DNA of 64,000 nucleotides from Pristiophorus japonicus (GCF_044704955.1 NC_091980.1:266290001-266354000); one strand, 5' to 3'; shown: positions 26,893-40,511, numbered from the stretch's first letter. Notes: generated by a model from the sequence alone, not told the origin. Numbers and translations are program-made.

Positions 26893-27875
26893 TGGGGCCC
26901 AATTTTCCCCAATCCCTTTTTTCGGCACACTTACCCTAAATGCGCCGACTTTGCGCGCTGGAAACAGCGGCAAAAAAAAAAAAAGTAGCCCCATCCTGCC
27001 CGCTCTGCCGAGTCTCCAGTGTCCTAGCGCGGCGTACATAGTGGGGTGGGGGGGGCGCGGAGCAATAGCCCAGCGCAGAAATCACTGCCGACAGCTGCGC
27101 GCATGCGCAGTGGAGTCTGCGCGCATGCTCCTCGCCCTCCTGCGGGCTGTAAGCAGGACCCGATGCTCGCAGCCCCTATCCCCGGCTGAGTGGCCTCCTG
27201 CACCGGCCAGCCGGCCCGCTGACTTCCCGGGCCGAGGTAGGACTTAAATTTTATTTTTTAGTTATTGATGGTTGTGCTTCATTTAATTGAGAGTTTTGAT
27301 TGGAGGGGTGGGGGAAGAATGAGTGTTTTTATGGGGGCGGGGGAGAAAGAGAATGCGTTTTGATGGGGGGAGGTGGGGGGACTTTTTAAAAAAAAAAACT
27401 TGTTTCTGGCATAAAAAAGGTAGCACTTCTATTTTTTATTTGTTATTGATTGATTGCTTATTACTTTTTGGCCTTTGTTTAGTGCTTTGTAAGTCTTGGT
27501 GTAAATCCTCTCAGCTTCCTTGTTTTTTTATTTGTTATTGAATGCTTATTTTTGTGCTTTGTAAGTCTTGGTGCTTTAAATGTACTAACCTGTGCTGAAT
27601 TCTTAACTACCCGCAATGTTTTTCAGAGCTGGCCACATACGCTGACCTAAGTCGATTTGGAGTAAGTTTTAGCTGGCCAAAGTGGCATAAATGGTCAAAA
27701 CAGGCGTAAGTGGCTGGGAATGCCCCCTTTTGAAAAAAAAAATTTTTTAAAAAATCGTACCTAACCGAGTTACTCTGGAGCAAGTTTATTGGAGAAAATG
27801 GTGTTTAACTTACGCCAGAAAAACCAACTTACTCCCAAAAAAATTGGAGCAAGTCATGGCCAAAGTTGGGCCCCA
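26893..27875. mobile_element. Non-autonomous TIR element (PIF/Harbinger-like MITE)
   Basis: Termini TGGGGCCCAATTTT / AAAGTTGGGCCCCA, flanked by TTA / TGA; right end resembles the left end of 52623-54262. Confidence 0.7.
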
Positions 27876-29123
27876 TGATGGTCACTCCCAGATGGCTTAG
27901 CTAGTACTGCCCAATGTGGTACAACAAACAGACCAGGAAAGCCAGAGGTCTGAGACAAGTTAGGTGATCTCACCAGTATGACATTTGACCCGTGTTCCCA
28001 GGTAAGGGTTTGGGAAGGAGAAACTCCATTATTCACAATCCAAGTAGCTATCTATTCAAAATTCCACATAATCGTATTTAGTGAAGACTGGGGCTCAGTT
28101 GTGACAACACCTACGATCAAAGAGCCTCTGAATATTAATTATCTCGCTCACACATGAAGAATAGTCACTTGGACATGGTTCCAAATGGTAACTGGCAGCC
28201 ATGGAACACTGTTTCCCCACCCCCCCCCCCAAAAACAAATAATCACAGGAACGCGAGAAAATTACATCAACTTTCATTTTTTTCTAGACCTTCTAACCAA
28301 CTTCTTCCAGCATATTGAAACAACATATATTGCATATGCTGGAAACAAACAAAAACAAAAAAATTTTGTAAACACTCAGGAGCATCTGTAAAAAAAAAGG
28401 AAATGGTTGCTGTTTCTGGCACAGCCCTTCATCAGAACTGGATGATGTTACAGATGAACAGCTTAGCATAATGTTTGTGGAATACTCAAACACTTTTGAG
28501 ATTAAGTAGATTTCCAATTAAAATGGTTTTGCTTATGAAGTATTTACTTTGGTGCCTGGAACGGAAAAGACCACGAAAGCCCCCAGTACAAAGACTCGGT
28601 TATATTTCTCAGGGCCTAAAGCAAGATCTTATAAATCTGTTTAGATATATGGAAGAGTAACCACTATTTGACAACTAGTTTTGTGAAAGAATGTAATATT
28701 TGTAGTCATAACTGCAAGTCCATCCTTTGGAATAGATCGTTCTTAAGTATTGCATTGTATAATTGGTCTATTATGATTACACAACCTTGTATACACCACA
28801 ATATTTTCTGTACTTGAACAAAACCATATTTCAATAGTAGCCAATTTAATTCAACTCCAATTCATTTAGATAATCAGAAAATAAACTACAGCATTGCAAT
28901 TTCAATTTCTCTCCTTTTACACAAGTTTTTGTTGTACGTCTCAACAGCAGAAGGGGAAAAAAAAGAGTCTTAATAAAAATGTATTAACAGTTTTGGAATA
29001 AAGCTAGTTTACTATACAAACAATAATTAAGAGAACAGAGCTATCTAAAGAGGAAAGTAAAGATCTTAAACATGGTTTAAAAGTTTAATTGAAATGGAGA
29101 TCCAAATTCATAAATTTGTTCTA

Positions 29124-29418
29124 CAGGTACAATGTCCGAAATCCTCGGGACAGAATTTGAGTGGCGAGATCCGAAATCCGGCAAAACCCAAAATCCAGAA
29201 ACGATTCAGCCGAGGATTCCGGATTTCAGACTTTATTTTTTTGTCTGAAATCCAGAATCCACGACCAAATCAGTGCCGGATTTTGGGTTTTTCCTCAAAT
29301 GTCCGGGTTTTCAGACAATAATTCCAGATTCCAGATGACCCCCATCAGCTATGCGCAAACTGTCTGGTTTTCAGACAATTCCGGTTTTCAGTGTTCTGGA
29401 TTCGTGACGTTGCACCTG
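29124..29418. mobile_element. Tc1/pogo(Tigger)-like MITE with internal hairpin
   Basis: TA|CAGGTACAATGTC ... GACGTTGCACCTG|TA termini; internal inverted repeat at about 29183-29291. Confidence 0.75.
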
Positions 29419-29597
29419 TACTTCAAATCAATGTTGAAAATGATGCCAAGAAATTAGATTACAAAGAAAAAAAAGGATGCTAGTGGATGGAAAACAAACC
29501 CGTGAAATCTGAAAAGTCAGACATTTTACTATTCAGCGAAGATTATACACAAGTCAAATAATTTCACTCCATTCTCCAAAGAGAAAATAACACTCAC

Positions 29598-29756
29598 CTG
29601 TAGGTATAACGACTGCATAGCAATCAGCTCAGTTCCCAGAAGAACAACAAACTTCTCCACATGTCGCTGGTGTGAATAGGGCTGGATGTCCATGGAATCT
29701 TCAGACCTCACCTCTAGATGTGAAATCATCAGGTTTGAAAGGACTTGTTGTACAGC
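29598..29756 (-). CDS. FANCM: FANCM coding exon 4
   Basis: AVQQVLSNLMISHLEVRSEDSMDIQPYSHQRHVEKFVVLLGTELIAMQSLYLQ; acceptor acag|, donor CAG|GTGAGT; 159 nt. Confidence 0.92.
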
Positions 29757-29799
29757 CTGTCATAATAATAACAAACAATTTTATATAATATGGCTGTCA

Positions 29800-31960
29800 T
29801 ACAGTACGAGTACGTTAGAACTCCTTGCATCCCTCACTTCCCACATCTTCCTCAAACCTTTTCAACCCCCCCTTCTGTGTCCATCTGGTCAGAACAAATC
29901 TCTCCCAAGTTGCTTACAACTGAACTTTTAAACTCCCAACTGGCCATCCTTTGGCCCTCTAATTGCCATAATATCTCTACAGTTGTTGATGTGCTCCATC
30001 ACTCCACCTTTGACGTACTTGTCCACCAGAACTGACTGGTTCACATTAAGCTCCATCAGACTTCATTCTCCATCCACTACTCTAGTATAATCCTGGAGAG
30101 CAAAGATAGCCCCTACCTTTTCTCCATTACCAACCTTCTCCTTAAACCCCTCTAACAAATGCAAGGATTTCATGGATGACTTCATCCATCTTTCCATTCA
30201 GCATCCTTTCCCCCATTCCCACCAAACCAATCTATCCCTAGATCTTCTGGCCATGCTAGCCCTGAACCCCATCTCTTTCTCTGATTTGACTCCCATCTCC
30301 TCAATGCCCTCTCTTGAGCTCATTTCATTCATGGAGGAGACTAGAACTAAAGGGCATGATCTTAGAATAAGGGGCCGCCCATTTAAAACTGAAATGAGAA
30401 GAAATTTCTTCTCTTAGAGGGTTGTAAATCTGTGGAATTCGCGCCTCAGAGAGCTGTGGAAGCTGGGACATTGAATAAATTTAAGACAGAAATAGACAGT
30501 TTCTTAAACGATAAGGGAATAAGTGGTTATGGGGAGCGGGCAGGGAAGTGGAACTGAGCCCATGATCAGATCAGCCATGATCTTATTGAATGGCAGAGCA
30601 GGCCCGAGGGGCCGTATGACCTACTCCTGCTCCTATTTCTTATGTTCTTCTTATGTGCCTTACCTCCTGCCCCAGCTTGCTATTGATGCATTTAAGGAGA
30701 GGATAGACAAATATGAGAGAAGGGAATTATGCTGATAAGGAAAGATCGGAGGAGGCTAGAGTGGAGCATAAACTCCGGCATGGACTGGATGGGCTGAATG
30801 ACCTGTTTCTGTGCTGTCTATCCTATGTAAACTGCTGACTACACCTTCCCTTCCTAGTCCTCATGTTAACTGACATTGTAAATGGCTCACTGTCCTCAGG
30901 CACTCCCCCCGTTTCAAAACTTCATTCATCAGTGACCCTCAAAAAAAAAACTTTAATCCTTCTGTCCTTGCAAATTACTACCCAACCTCTACTCTTTCCT
31001 TCCAAGTCTTTGAACATGTCGTCATCTTTGAGATCCTTAACCAACTCTCCTGCAACTGCCTTTTTGAATCTCTCCAATCAGGTGTTCACCCTCCCAAAAC
31101 AGTGCTCCGTCACAAATACTTTGTGACTGTGATGCATTATCCCTCTTTGACCTGTTTGCAGCCTTTGACATGGTCAACCGCACCATCTTGTGCCAACAAT
31201 TTTTGCAGTGTTGTCCAGCTTCGAGACTGCCCTCATCCAATGTTGCCTATCCAGTCACAGCCAAAGCACCTCCAGCAATAGCTTCTCTTTTTTTTTAAAA
31301 CCTCAAAACCATCACCTCAAGAGTTCCCCCAAGGATCCATCCTTGCCCACCTTCTTCCTCAACTACATGCTAATCCCTTTCAACAGATGTCAGTATCTAC
31401 ATGTATGCTGACAACACCCAGCTCTACCTCTCCACCACCTTGCTCAAACCTTCTATTGCTTCCATGTTAGGAGACTGCTCGTCAAACATCCAGTCTTGGA
31501 TGAGCCGCCATTCCCTCCAGCTAAAAGACTGGGAAGGCTGAAGTCATCATCTTCGGTCCTCGCCACCAACTCCATCCTTCTCCCCAGAGATTGCTTGCAA
31601 CTTCAGCATACTATTCGACCACAAGCAGAGCTTCCAAATCCATCACAATGACCAACTATTTCCACCCAAATAGCGTCACCCATCTGTCACTGAAACCCTC
31701 ATCCATGCCTTTGTCACCTCCAGACAGGACTATGCCAATGTGCTCGTAGCAGCCTTCTGGCCTCCTCATCCAAAACTATGGTGTCTGCAACAAGTAATGC
31801 TTATCTATAACCCATCTTCACTGGCATATATGGTCTTGCAGTCCCCTAACGCCCAAAATTTTAAAGGGCTCATCCTCGTTTAAATTATTTCTATGGCCTC
31901 ACACCTTCCCCACCTCGAACCTGCTGCAGCACTACAACCCTCCCCGCAACTCTCCATTTT
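29800..31960 (+). mobile_element. Old L2-like LINE, decayed, containing CR1 3'-end insertions (about 30330-30830)
   Basis: DLFAAFDMVNR, PQGSIL and ADNTQLYLS-like L2 RT remnants. Confidence 0.65.
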
Positions 31961-32027
31961 TTAAAAATTCGATCATGGGTTGTGGGCATCGCTGGCATTT
32001 ATTGCCTATCCCCAATTCCCTAGATGG

Positions 32028-33350
32028 GCCTTTGACACTGTCAACCGTGAGGGTCTATGGAGCGTCCTCCATTTCGGTTGCCCCCAAAAAAGTGTGTCAA
32101 CAGCCTTCGCCTGCTTCACGATGACATACAGGCCATGATCCTTACCAACGGATCCATTACAGACCCAATTCACATCCGGTACGGGGTCAAACAGGGCTGC
32201 GCCATCGCTCCAACCCTCTTCTCAATCTTCCTCGCCGCCACGTTTCACCTCAATCAACAAGCTCCCTGCTGGAGTGGAACTAAACTACAGAACCAGTGGC
32301 AAGCTGTTTAAACTTTCGCCGCCTCCAGGCCAGGTCCAAGATCACCCCAACCTCTGTCATTGAGCTGCAGTACGCGGGTGCCGCTTGTGTCTGCGCACAT
32401 TCAGAGGCTGAACTCCAGGATATAGTCAGTGTATTCATTGAGGCATATGAAAGCATGGGCCTTATGCTGAACACCCATAAGACAAAGGTCCTCCACCAGC
32501 CTGTCACCGCCACACAGCACTGCCCTCCAATCATCAAGATTCACAGCGTGGCCTAGACAACGTGGACCATTTCCCATATCTCGGGAGCCCCTTATCAACA
32601 AAGGCAGACATTGATGCAGAGATTCAACATCGCCTCCAGTGCGCCAGTGCAGCCTTCGGCCGTCTGAGGAAAAAAAAAAGTGTGATTGAAGACCAGGCCC
32701 TCAAATCTACCACCAAGCTCATGGTCGACAGGGCTGTAGTAATACCCGCCCTCCTGTATGGATCTGAGACATGGACGATATAAAGAAGGCACCTCAAGTC
32801 GCTGGAGATATATCACCAACGATGTCTCCAAAGATCCTGCAAATCCCCTGGGAGGACAGGCGCACCAACATCAGTGTCCTCAACCAGGCTAACATCCCCA
32901 GTACTGAAGCACTGACCACACTCGATCAGCTTCGCTGGGCAGGCCACATAGTTTGCATGCCAGATACGAGACTCCCTAAGCAAATGCTTTTGCGGAGCTC
33001 CTTCATGGTAAACGAGCCATAGGAGGACAGTGGAAACATTATAAGGACACCCTCAAAGCCTCACTGGTAAAGTGCGACATCACCACTGACACCTGTGAGA
33101 CCCTGGCCGAAGACCGCCAGAGGTGGAGAAAGTGCATCTGTGAGGGCGTTGAGCTCTTCGAGTCTCAACGGAAAGAGCATGAAGAGGCCAAGCGCAGGCA
33201 GCGGAAGGAGCACGCGGCAAACCAGCTCCACCGACGCCTTCCCTCGACGAATGTCTGTCCTACCTGTAACAAGATCTGTGGCTCTCGTATCGGACTGTTC
33301 AGCCATCAAAGAACTTAATTCCGAGGGACTGCCTATGATGATGATGATGG
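32028..33350 (+). mobile_element. RTE-clade LINE, RT and C-terminal part
   Basis: GVKQGCAIAPTLFSIF, LLYGSETW, QLRWAGHIV; (ATG)n tail. Confidence 0.9.
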
Positions 33351-35700
33351 TGGTGAGCCACATTCTTGAACCGCTGCAGTCAGTGTGAAGATACTCCCAC
33401 AGTGCTGTTAGAGGGAGTTCCAGGATTTTGACCCAACGACGATGAAGGAATGACGATATACTTCCAAGTCAGGATGGTGTGTGACTTGGAGGGAAACGTG
33501 GAAGTGGTGGTGTTCGTCTACGTAGTAGAGGTCGCGGGACTGGGAGGTGCTGCCAAAGAAGTCTTTGCGAGTTGCTGCAGTGCAGCTTGTAGATGGTACA
33601 CACTGCAGCCATGGTATGCCGTGATGGAGGGAGTGAATGTTTAAGGTGGTGGATGGGGTGCCAATCCAGTCGGCTGCTTTGTCCTGGATGGTGTCAAGCT
33701 TCGAGTGTTGTTGGAGCTGCACTCATCCAGGCATGTGGAGAATATTCCATCACACTCCTGACTTGTGCCTTGTGGATGAAGAAAAGGCTTTGGGGAGTCA
33801 GGAGGCGAGACACTTGCCGCAGAATACCCAGCCTCTGACCTGCTCTTGTTGTCCAGTTAAGTTTCTGGTCAATGGTGATTCCCAGGATGTTGATGGTGGG
33901 GGATTCGGCGATGGTAATGCTGTTGAATGTCATGGGGTGGTGGTTAGACTCTCGCTTGTTCAAGATAGTCATTGCCTTGCATTTGTGTGGCACGAATGTT
34001 ACTTGCCACTCATCAGCCCAAGCCTGAATGTCATCCAGGTCTTGCTGCATGTGGGCATAGGCTACTCCATTATAAAGGAGTTGTGGATGGCGCTGAACAC
34101 TGCAGTAATCAGCAAACATCCCCACTACTTACCTTATGGTGGAGGGAAGGTCATTGATGAAGCAGCTGAAGCTGGTTGGGTCCAGGACACTGCCTTGAGG
34201 AATTCCTGCAGCAATCTCCTGGGGCTGTGATGACTGACCTCCAACCACCACAACCATCTTCCTCTGTGCTAACTATGACTCCAGCCAGTGGAGAGTCTTC
34301 CCCGATTCCCATCGACTTCAGTTTTACTGGGGCTCCTGGATGTTAAACTCGGTCAAATGCTGCCTTGATGCCAAGGGCATTCACTCTCACCTCGCCTCTG
34401 GAATTCAACTCTTTTGTCCATGTTTGGACGAAGGCTGTAATGAGATCTGGGGCCGAGTGGTCCTGGCAGAACCCAAACTAGACTTCGGTGAGCAGGTTAT
34501 TTGGTGAGTAAGTGCCGCTTGATAGCACTGTCAACGACACCTTCCATCACTTTGCTGAGGATTGAGAGTAGACTGATGGGGTAGTAATTGGCCAGATTGG
34601 ATTTGTCCTGCTTTTTATCGACAGGTCATACCCAAGCAGTTTTCCACATTGAACATAAACATAAGAATTAGGAACAGGAGTAGGCCATCTAGCCCCTCGC
34701 GCCTGCTCCGCCATTCAATAAGATCATGGACAATCTGGCCGTGGACTCAGCTCCACTTACCCGCCCGCTCCCCATAACCCTTAATTCCCTTATTGGTTAA
34801 AAATCTATCTATCTGTGACTTGAATACATTCAATGAGCTAGCCTCAACTGCTTCCTTGGGCAGAGAATTCCACAGATTCACAACCCTCTGGGAGAAGAAA
34901 TTCCTTCTCAACTCGGTTTTAAATTGGCTCCCCCGTATTTTGAGGCTGTGCCCCCTAGTTCTAGTCTCCCCGACCAGTGGAAACAACCTTTCTGCCTCTA
35001 TCTTGTCTATCCCTTTCATTATTTTAAATGTTTCTACAAGATCACCCCTCATCCTTCTGAACTCCAACGAGTAAAGACCCAGTCTACTCAATCTATCATC
35101 ATAAGGTAACCCCCTCATCTCCAGAATCAACTGAGTGAATCGTCTCTGTACCCACTCCAAAGCCAGTATATCCTTCCTTAAGTAAGGTGACAAAAACTGC
35201 ACGCAGTACTCCAGGTGCGTTGGATAAATGCCAGTAGCTGTACTGGAACAGCTTGGCTGGAGGCGGGACTAGTTCTGGAGCACAAATCTTCAGCACGACA
35301 GCTGGGATGTTGCCAGGGCCCATAGCCTTTTCAGTATCAAGTGTGCTCAGCCGTTTCTTGATCTCATGTAGAGTCAATTGAATTGGCTGAAGACTGGCTT
35401 CTGTGATGATGGGGACCTCAGAAGGAGGCAGATATGGATCATCGACTCGGCAGTTGTGCCTGAAGATGGTTGCAAATGCTTCAGCCTTGTCTTTTGCACT
35501 CACGTGCAGGGCTCCGCCATCATGGAGGATGGGGATATTCATGGAGCCCCTCCTCCTGTTCGTTGTTTAATGGTCCACCACCATTCATGACTGGATGTGG
35601 CAGGAATGCAGAGCTTTGCTCTGATCCATTGATTGTGGGATCGCTTAGCCTGGTCTATGGCATGCAGCTTCTGTTTTTTAGTATGCATGTAGTGCTGTGT
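33350..35700 (-). mobile_element. CR1/L2-group LINE of a second lineage, interrupted by a CR1 3' fragment (34652-35218)
   Basis: MFADYC, QQDLDDIQAWADEWQVTF, ILGITIDQKLNW, KAQVRSVMEYSP. Confidence 0.8.
34652..35218 (-). mobile_element. Young CR1 3' fragment
   Basis: [24 protein letters not shown]; (TTCTTATG)-type tail; same subfamily as 42773-44398. Confidence 0.9.
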
Positions 35701-36058
35701 ATGTTTCCACTGACTCTAGCCACTTGTATACCTCCCACCCTCAATCTGCCCCCACTATTGGCGGCTGTATTTCAGGCACCTAGACTCCATGCTCTGAAAT
35801 TCCCCCCCCTAAATGCTTCCCCTTTGCTTCAAGGTCCACCTTAAAACTGAATTCTTTGACCAAGCTTTTGGTCACCCAATGCAAGAATTATTTTTTGGCT
35901 CAACATCCATTTTTTTCCTTACATCTCTGAAGTGCCTTGGGAGGTTTTTCTAAATTTAAGTTGCTATATAAATGCAAGTAACCGCTATGGTGACATAAAT
36001 TACTGAAATGATATGGCACAAAGCAGTCTTTACTGACCTGTTGAATTCCTATTTAAGG

Positions 36059-36400
36059 TCATCATCATAGGCAGTCCCTCAGAATCGAGGAAGACTTGCT
36101 TCCACTCTTAGAATGAGTCCTTAGATGGCTGAACAGTCCAATACGAGAGCCACAGTCCCCGTCACAGGTGGGACAGATAGTCGTTGAGGGAAAAGGTGGG
36201 TGGGACAGGTTTGCCATACGCTCTTTCCGCTGCCTGCGCTTGATTTCTGCATGCTCTCGGCGATGAGACTCGAGGTGCTCGGCGCCCTCACGGATGCACT
36301 TCTTCCACTTAGGGCGATCTTTGGCCAAAGGACTCCCAGATGTCAGTGGGGATGTTGCACTTTATCAGGGAGGATTTGCAAGATCCTACAAATCCCCTAT
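36059..36400 (-). mobile_element. RTE LINE 3' fragment
   Basis: CPTCDGDCGSRIGLFSHLRTH C-terminal zinc-finger-like motif; (GAT)n tail. Confidence 0.85.
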
Positions 36401-36454
36401 TTAAGGTAATGGTAGTAGGGCTACGGTTTCGAGCCTCACATCAACAGATGTGTA

Positions 36455-37442
36455 CAATGTGGATAAATGTAAAGATGCAATAAAATGTGGATAAATGTGA
36501 GGTTATCCACTTTGGGGGCAAAAACATGAAGACAGAATATTATCTGAATGGTGGCAGATTAGGAAAAGGGGAGGTGCAACGAGACCTGGGTGTCATGGTT
36601 CATCAGTCATTGAAAGTTGGCATACAGGTACAGCAGGCGGTAAAGGCGGCAAATGGTATGTTAATAAGAACATAAGAATTAGGAACAGGAGTAGGCCATC
36701 TCGCCCCTCGAGCCTGCTCCGCCATTCAACAAGATTATGGTTGATCTGGCCGTGGACTCAGCTCCACTTACTCGCCCGCTCCCCGTAACCCTTAATTCCC
36801 TTATTGGTTATGTTGGCCTTTACAGCTAGGGGATTTGAGTATAGGAGCAGGGAGGTCTTACTGCAGTTGTACAGGGCCTTAGTGAGGCCTCACCTGGAAT
36901 ATTGTATACAGTTTTGGTCTCCTAATCGGAGGAAGGACATTCTTGCTATTGAGGGAGTGCAGCGAAGGTTCACCAGACTGATTCCCGGGATGGCAGGACT
37001 GACATATAAAGGAGAGACTGGATCAATTGGGCCTTTATACATTGGAGTTTAGAAGGATGAGAGGGGTAGAAACATACAAGATTCTGACGGGACGGGACAG
37101 GTTAGATGCGGGTAGATTGTTCCCGATGTTGGGGAAGTCCAGAACCGAGGAGAGTCTTAGGATAAGGGGTAGGACATTTAGGACTGAGATGAGGAGAAAC
37201 TTCTTCACTCAGAGAGTTGTTAACCTGTAGAATTTCCTGCTGCAGAGAGTTGTTGATGCCAGTTCATTGGATATATTCAAGAGGGAGTTAGATATGGCCC
37301 TTACGGCTAAAGGGATCAAGAGGTATGGAGAGAAAGCAGAAAAGGGGTACTGAGGGAATGATCAGCCATGATCTTATCGAATGGTGGTGCAGGCTCGAAG
37401 GGCCGAATGGCCACTCCTGCACCTATTTTCTATGTTGCTATG
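36455..37442 (+). mobile_element. CR1 3' fragment carrying a short antisense CR1 3' end at about 36663-36808
   Basis: DKCEVIHFGG and [11 protein letters not shown]; insertion flanked by TATGTT. Confidence 0.85.
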
Positions 37443-37724
37443 CTCATTACTATATGCAAAGATCTCGCAAGCAACTGTAAATAAAATACACTATTGTCTG
37501 GCCAGTTTTGGTATTAGAAAATCTTTACATACAAATAATGGAGTGGCCAATGGCACAACTAGTTGGTGGATTCATTCAGAAAAATCAAAGCATTAGAATA
37601 GAGGGAATTCATCTGCAATTCCCACACAAGAGGTTGCTCGTAACAACCCAGTTAAGATTGGGATGTGTCAATTAGAGACAGGAATTTTGTGTTAGCCTTG
37701 TATTTTTAACATTCTCCGGCCATA

Positions 37725-38135
37725 GGGTCAGTCGGACTCATTTGGCAGCATTTTATAGTCTGAAGACTGTGGGTTTAAGTCTTACTCCAGATGGGAACAC
37801 ATTCTAGGCTTACACTCCAAGACAGTACTGTGTACACTGCATTATTACAGGTGCCAACTGAAGCTCTGTCTGCCTGTTAAATGGACATCAAATAGAACCA
37901 TGAGATATTTGAAGAAGAGAGATTTCTTCTGCTGTCTTAGGCAATATCCTTCCATGAACCACCACCAAAACAAGATAGTTGGTCATTTATCTCAATTGCT
38001 ATTTGTGGGACATCTGTGTCTACACAACAGTGACAAAATAATGAATTGGCTGTGAAGCAATATGGGACATCCAGAGGACATGAAAGGTACAACCAGAGGA
38101 CATGAAAGGTACAACCAGAGGACATGAAAGGACTC
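37725..38135 (+). mobile_element. Deu-domain tRNA-derived SINE, diverged, with a tandem repeat at its 3' end
   Basis: Similarity to 51690-52135. Confidence 0.6.
38071..38131 (+). repeat. 22-bp tandem repeat, about 2.7 copies
   Basis: CCAGAGGACATGAAAGGTACAA repeated. Confidence 0.9.
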
Positions 38136-38224
38136 TCAAATCACCTGCTCATTTGTGCAATCACAATCTACATTAATGATCTAGATGATGGTGTCGCGAG
38201 CACTGTCCGCAAGTTTGCAGATGA

Positions 38225-38985
38225 CAATCTCCTCCCCGTCTCTCCCTGCTCTGCCCATCCAGATTATGCCAGCAAATTAGGTATCATCGCCCCTCTCCGC
38301 ATTTCCCTTCGAATATTGATCGACCTTATTGTGGACGATCAAATAGATATCATGGCATTGACGGAGACATGGTTGAGGGGTGTTGACACCTTTCCCCTTA
38401 ATGAAGCTTGCCCACCTCGCTATAATTTCCACCATATTCCACGCCCAAACTGCAGTGGTGGTGTAGTCCTTGTATCTAAAATCACACCTTGGTCTGTCTC
38501 CCTATTCCTCCGGTAACTTCTCCTTTGAGCATCTCACCTTGTTCCACCCCTCATGTTTCTCTTTTAAAAATCATTATTCTTTAACACCCACCCAAATACC
38601 ACACCAATTTTCTCAATGAGATATCTTCTGCTTTCCTCCCTCTGCCCCGAGCGACTTCTCAACATTGGTGATTTCAACCTCCATTTCACTCCCTTTCCCG
38701 AGTTCACTGCCCTCTTTTCCTCCCTTAATATGGTCAACTCCCCCACCCATATACACGGCCATCCTTATCTCACATAGCCTCACTATCCCCTCCATAACCA
38801 TCACCAATTAGACAATCTCCGACCATTTCCTTATATCACTCTTAATCCATATTCCCCTTCCTAAACCCACTTCTTTTTGTATCTACCCCTGGAAAAAGTC
38901 TCAAGTCCTTTACCATTGCACTTTCTAATTCCCAAGTACCTTGCCTTTGGCCTACTATTCCCCATGACATCTCTGCAGCTTCAGA
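38225..38985 (+). mobile_element. L2-like LINE endonuclease fragment
   Basis: IDIMALTETWL, GGVVL, GDFNLH, SDHFLI remnants. Confidence 0.7.
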
Positions 38986-39050
38986 AAGTGAAGCATGAAC
39001 TCTGAAATCATACATATTTCACATATTGGATAAATGCATAAGTAACTAAC

Positions 39051-39128
39051 CTTTGTATCACTACCCGGTGTTGCACTCAAAGCCAGAACACGGAACTGAC
39101 ATGTGTAGTTACATAGCTCCCGAACAAC
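39051..39128 (-). CDS. FANCM: FANCM coding exon 3 (motif III SAT)
   Basis: VVRELCNYTCQFRVLALSATPGSDTK; AG/GT boundaries; 78 nt; preceded by a 91-nt intron. Confidence 0.93.
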
Positions 39129-39219
39129 CTTCAACAGAAAAAGGTAAAAAATACAACATTTTAAAATCACAAGATGTTGCTCACAATGAGATACAGATAC
39201 ACATTCTTTGCAGTAGTAC

Positions 39220-39392
39220 CTGACAGTAAGCATGATTTCCTAGTGCCTTGTGAGCTTCATCAACAATCAAACACTTCACATCAGCAGCTGGGCAAGCTCC
39301 ACGAGTAAGGTCATTCATCATAACCTGCGGTGTGAGGAAGACCACTCGTTTGGCATTCCAAATATTCTGGCGATTCAATGCCTGTGTGTGTC
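39220..39392 (-). CDS. FANCM: FANCM coding exon 2 (DEAH box)
   Basis: Acceptor ttttgcag|; GHTQALNRQNIWNAKRVVFLTPQVMMNDLTRGACPAADVKCLIVDEAHKALGNHAYCQ; donor CAG|GTACTA; 173 nt, in phase. Confidence 0.95.
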
Positions 39393-40511
39393 CTGCAAAA
39401 GTTATTGAATGTTTAGCTAGATATCAATTTTAATTTATGCAATTTTATAAAAGAACAGAGGCAGATACCTGGAGCACTTCCAATTAACAATGGCATTTGC
39501 AGGACATTACTTTGCCCCGGGAGAGAGAGAACCAACACTCAAAGCCAAAGAAAAGGTCCAAGCGAAGGTTCGATTCTCATTCTGCTCAGTTCTCAATCGC
39601 AGACATATTAACTGAGGGGGAGGGATGTAAAATCTCCATGTGGAGAAGAGAAAAAATCAATTAGAAAGGAGAATCATGCATGACAGGGTCCGCCGATAGC
39701 CAGCTGTAGAGCACTGGTAGCAGACTACCCACTCCATCCTCGTGACAGTCGGGAGGTCATGGCCAGGTAGACTAAAGATTGGGATAATTTATCACGCACT
39801 TACTTATTAAAAAATGGCACGAGCTTGGAGCAGGTCATTTGCTTGCCCCTCAAATCAGGGAATTGTACAAAAGTAACTACAAGGAGGGGAGATAATGTAA
39901 CTTCTTGTTTCATATTTCTCAGCCTTAAGATATTAAACTTGGAAGACTATTTTTAAACAGTTAGATTACAACAGCCAAAATAAGCTCACAGGTCTTTTGA
40001 GTTTAGAATTTTATTAAACGCAATTAATGGTATCTACCAATTGACGAATTCTAAAATGTGTCAAATCCAATAAAACCTAGAAATAGTAATAAATGTTGAC
40101 TCCAGTACAAGTACATGCAATCCACTTATCTTTGACTATGTATTTTGAATTTTGTTATTACCATTGTGGAAAGTGGACATGAAGAAAGCAGTGCTCTGAT
40201 CATGATCAGGAGTAGAAATATATATGACCCACGGTTTTTACACCAGTCCTATGTTAAATAATAGAATCGATCAGGAGTATCTGTACTGCAACTACATCTG
40301 TAGCACAAATTGCACAAACATGACGATGTCACAAATGCGATGCGAACACATTTTGGGACCTTATTTTCAGCATGAAAGGAAAAGGAAGCTTTGCACTTGA
40401 ACAGTTGGGAATACTTTACTGTACATAGATGCCTCATGGTTCTTCATAAAATAAATTTCACAAATAACCAATAGCCTTCCTCACTGAAATTACACTTGCC
40501 AGGCCTACTTG

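Noticed and set aside
28548-28616. AG/GT-bounded minus-strand segment as candidate FANCM exon 5
   Set aside because: Neither open frame resembles the expected conserved FANCM sequence; it could at most be a cryptic exon
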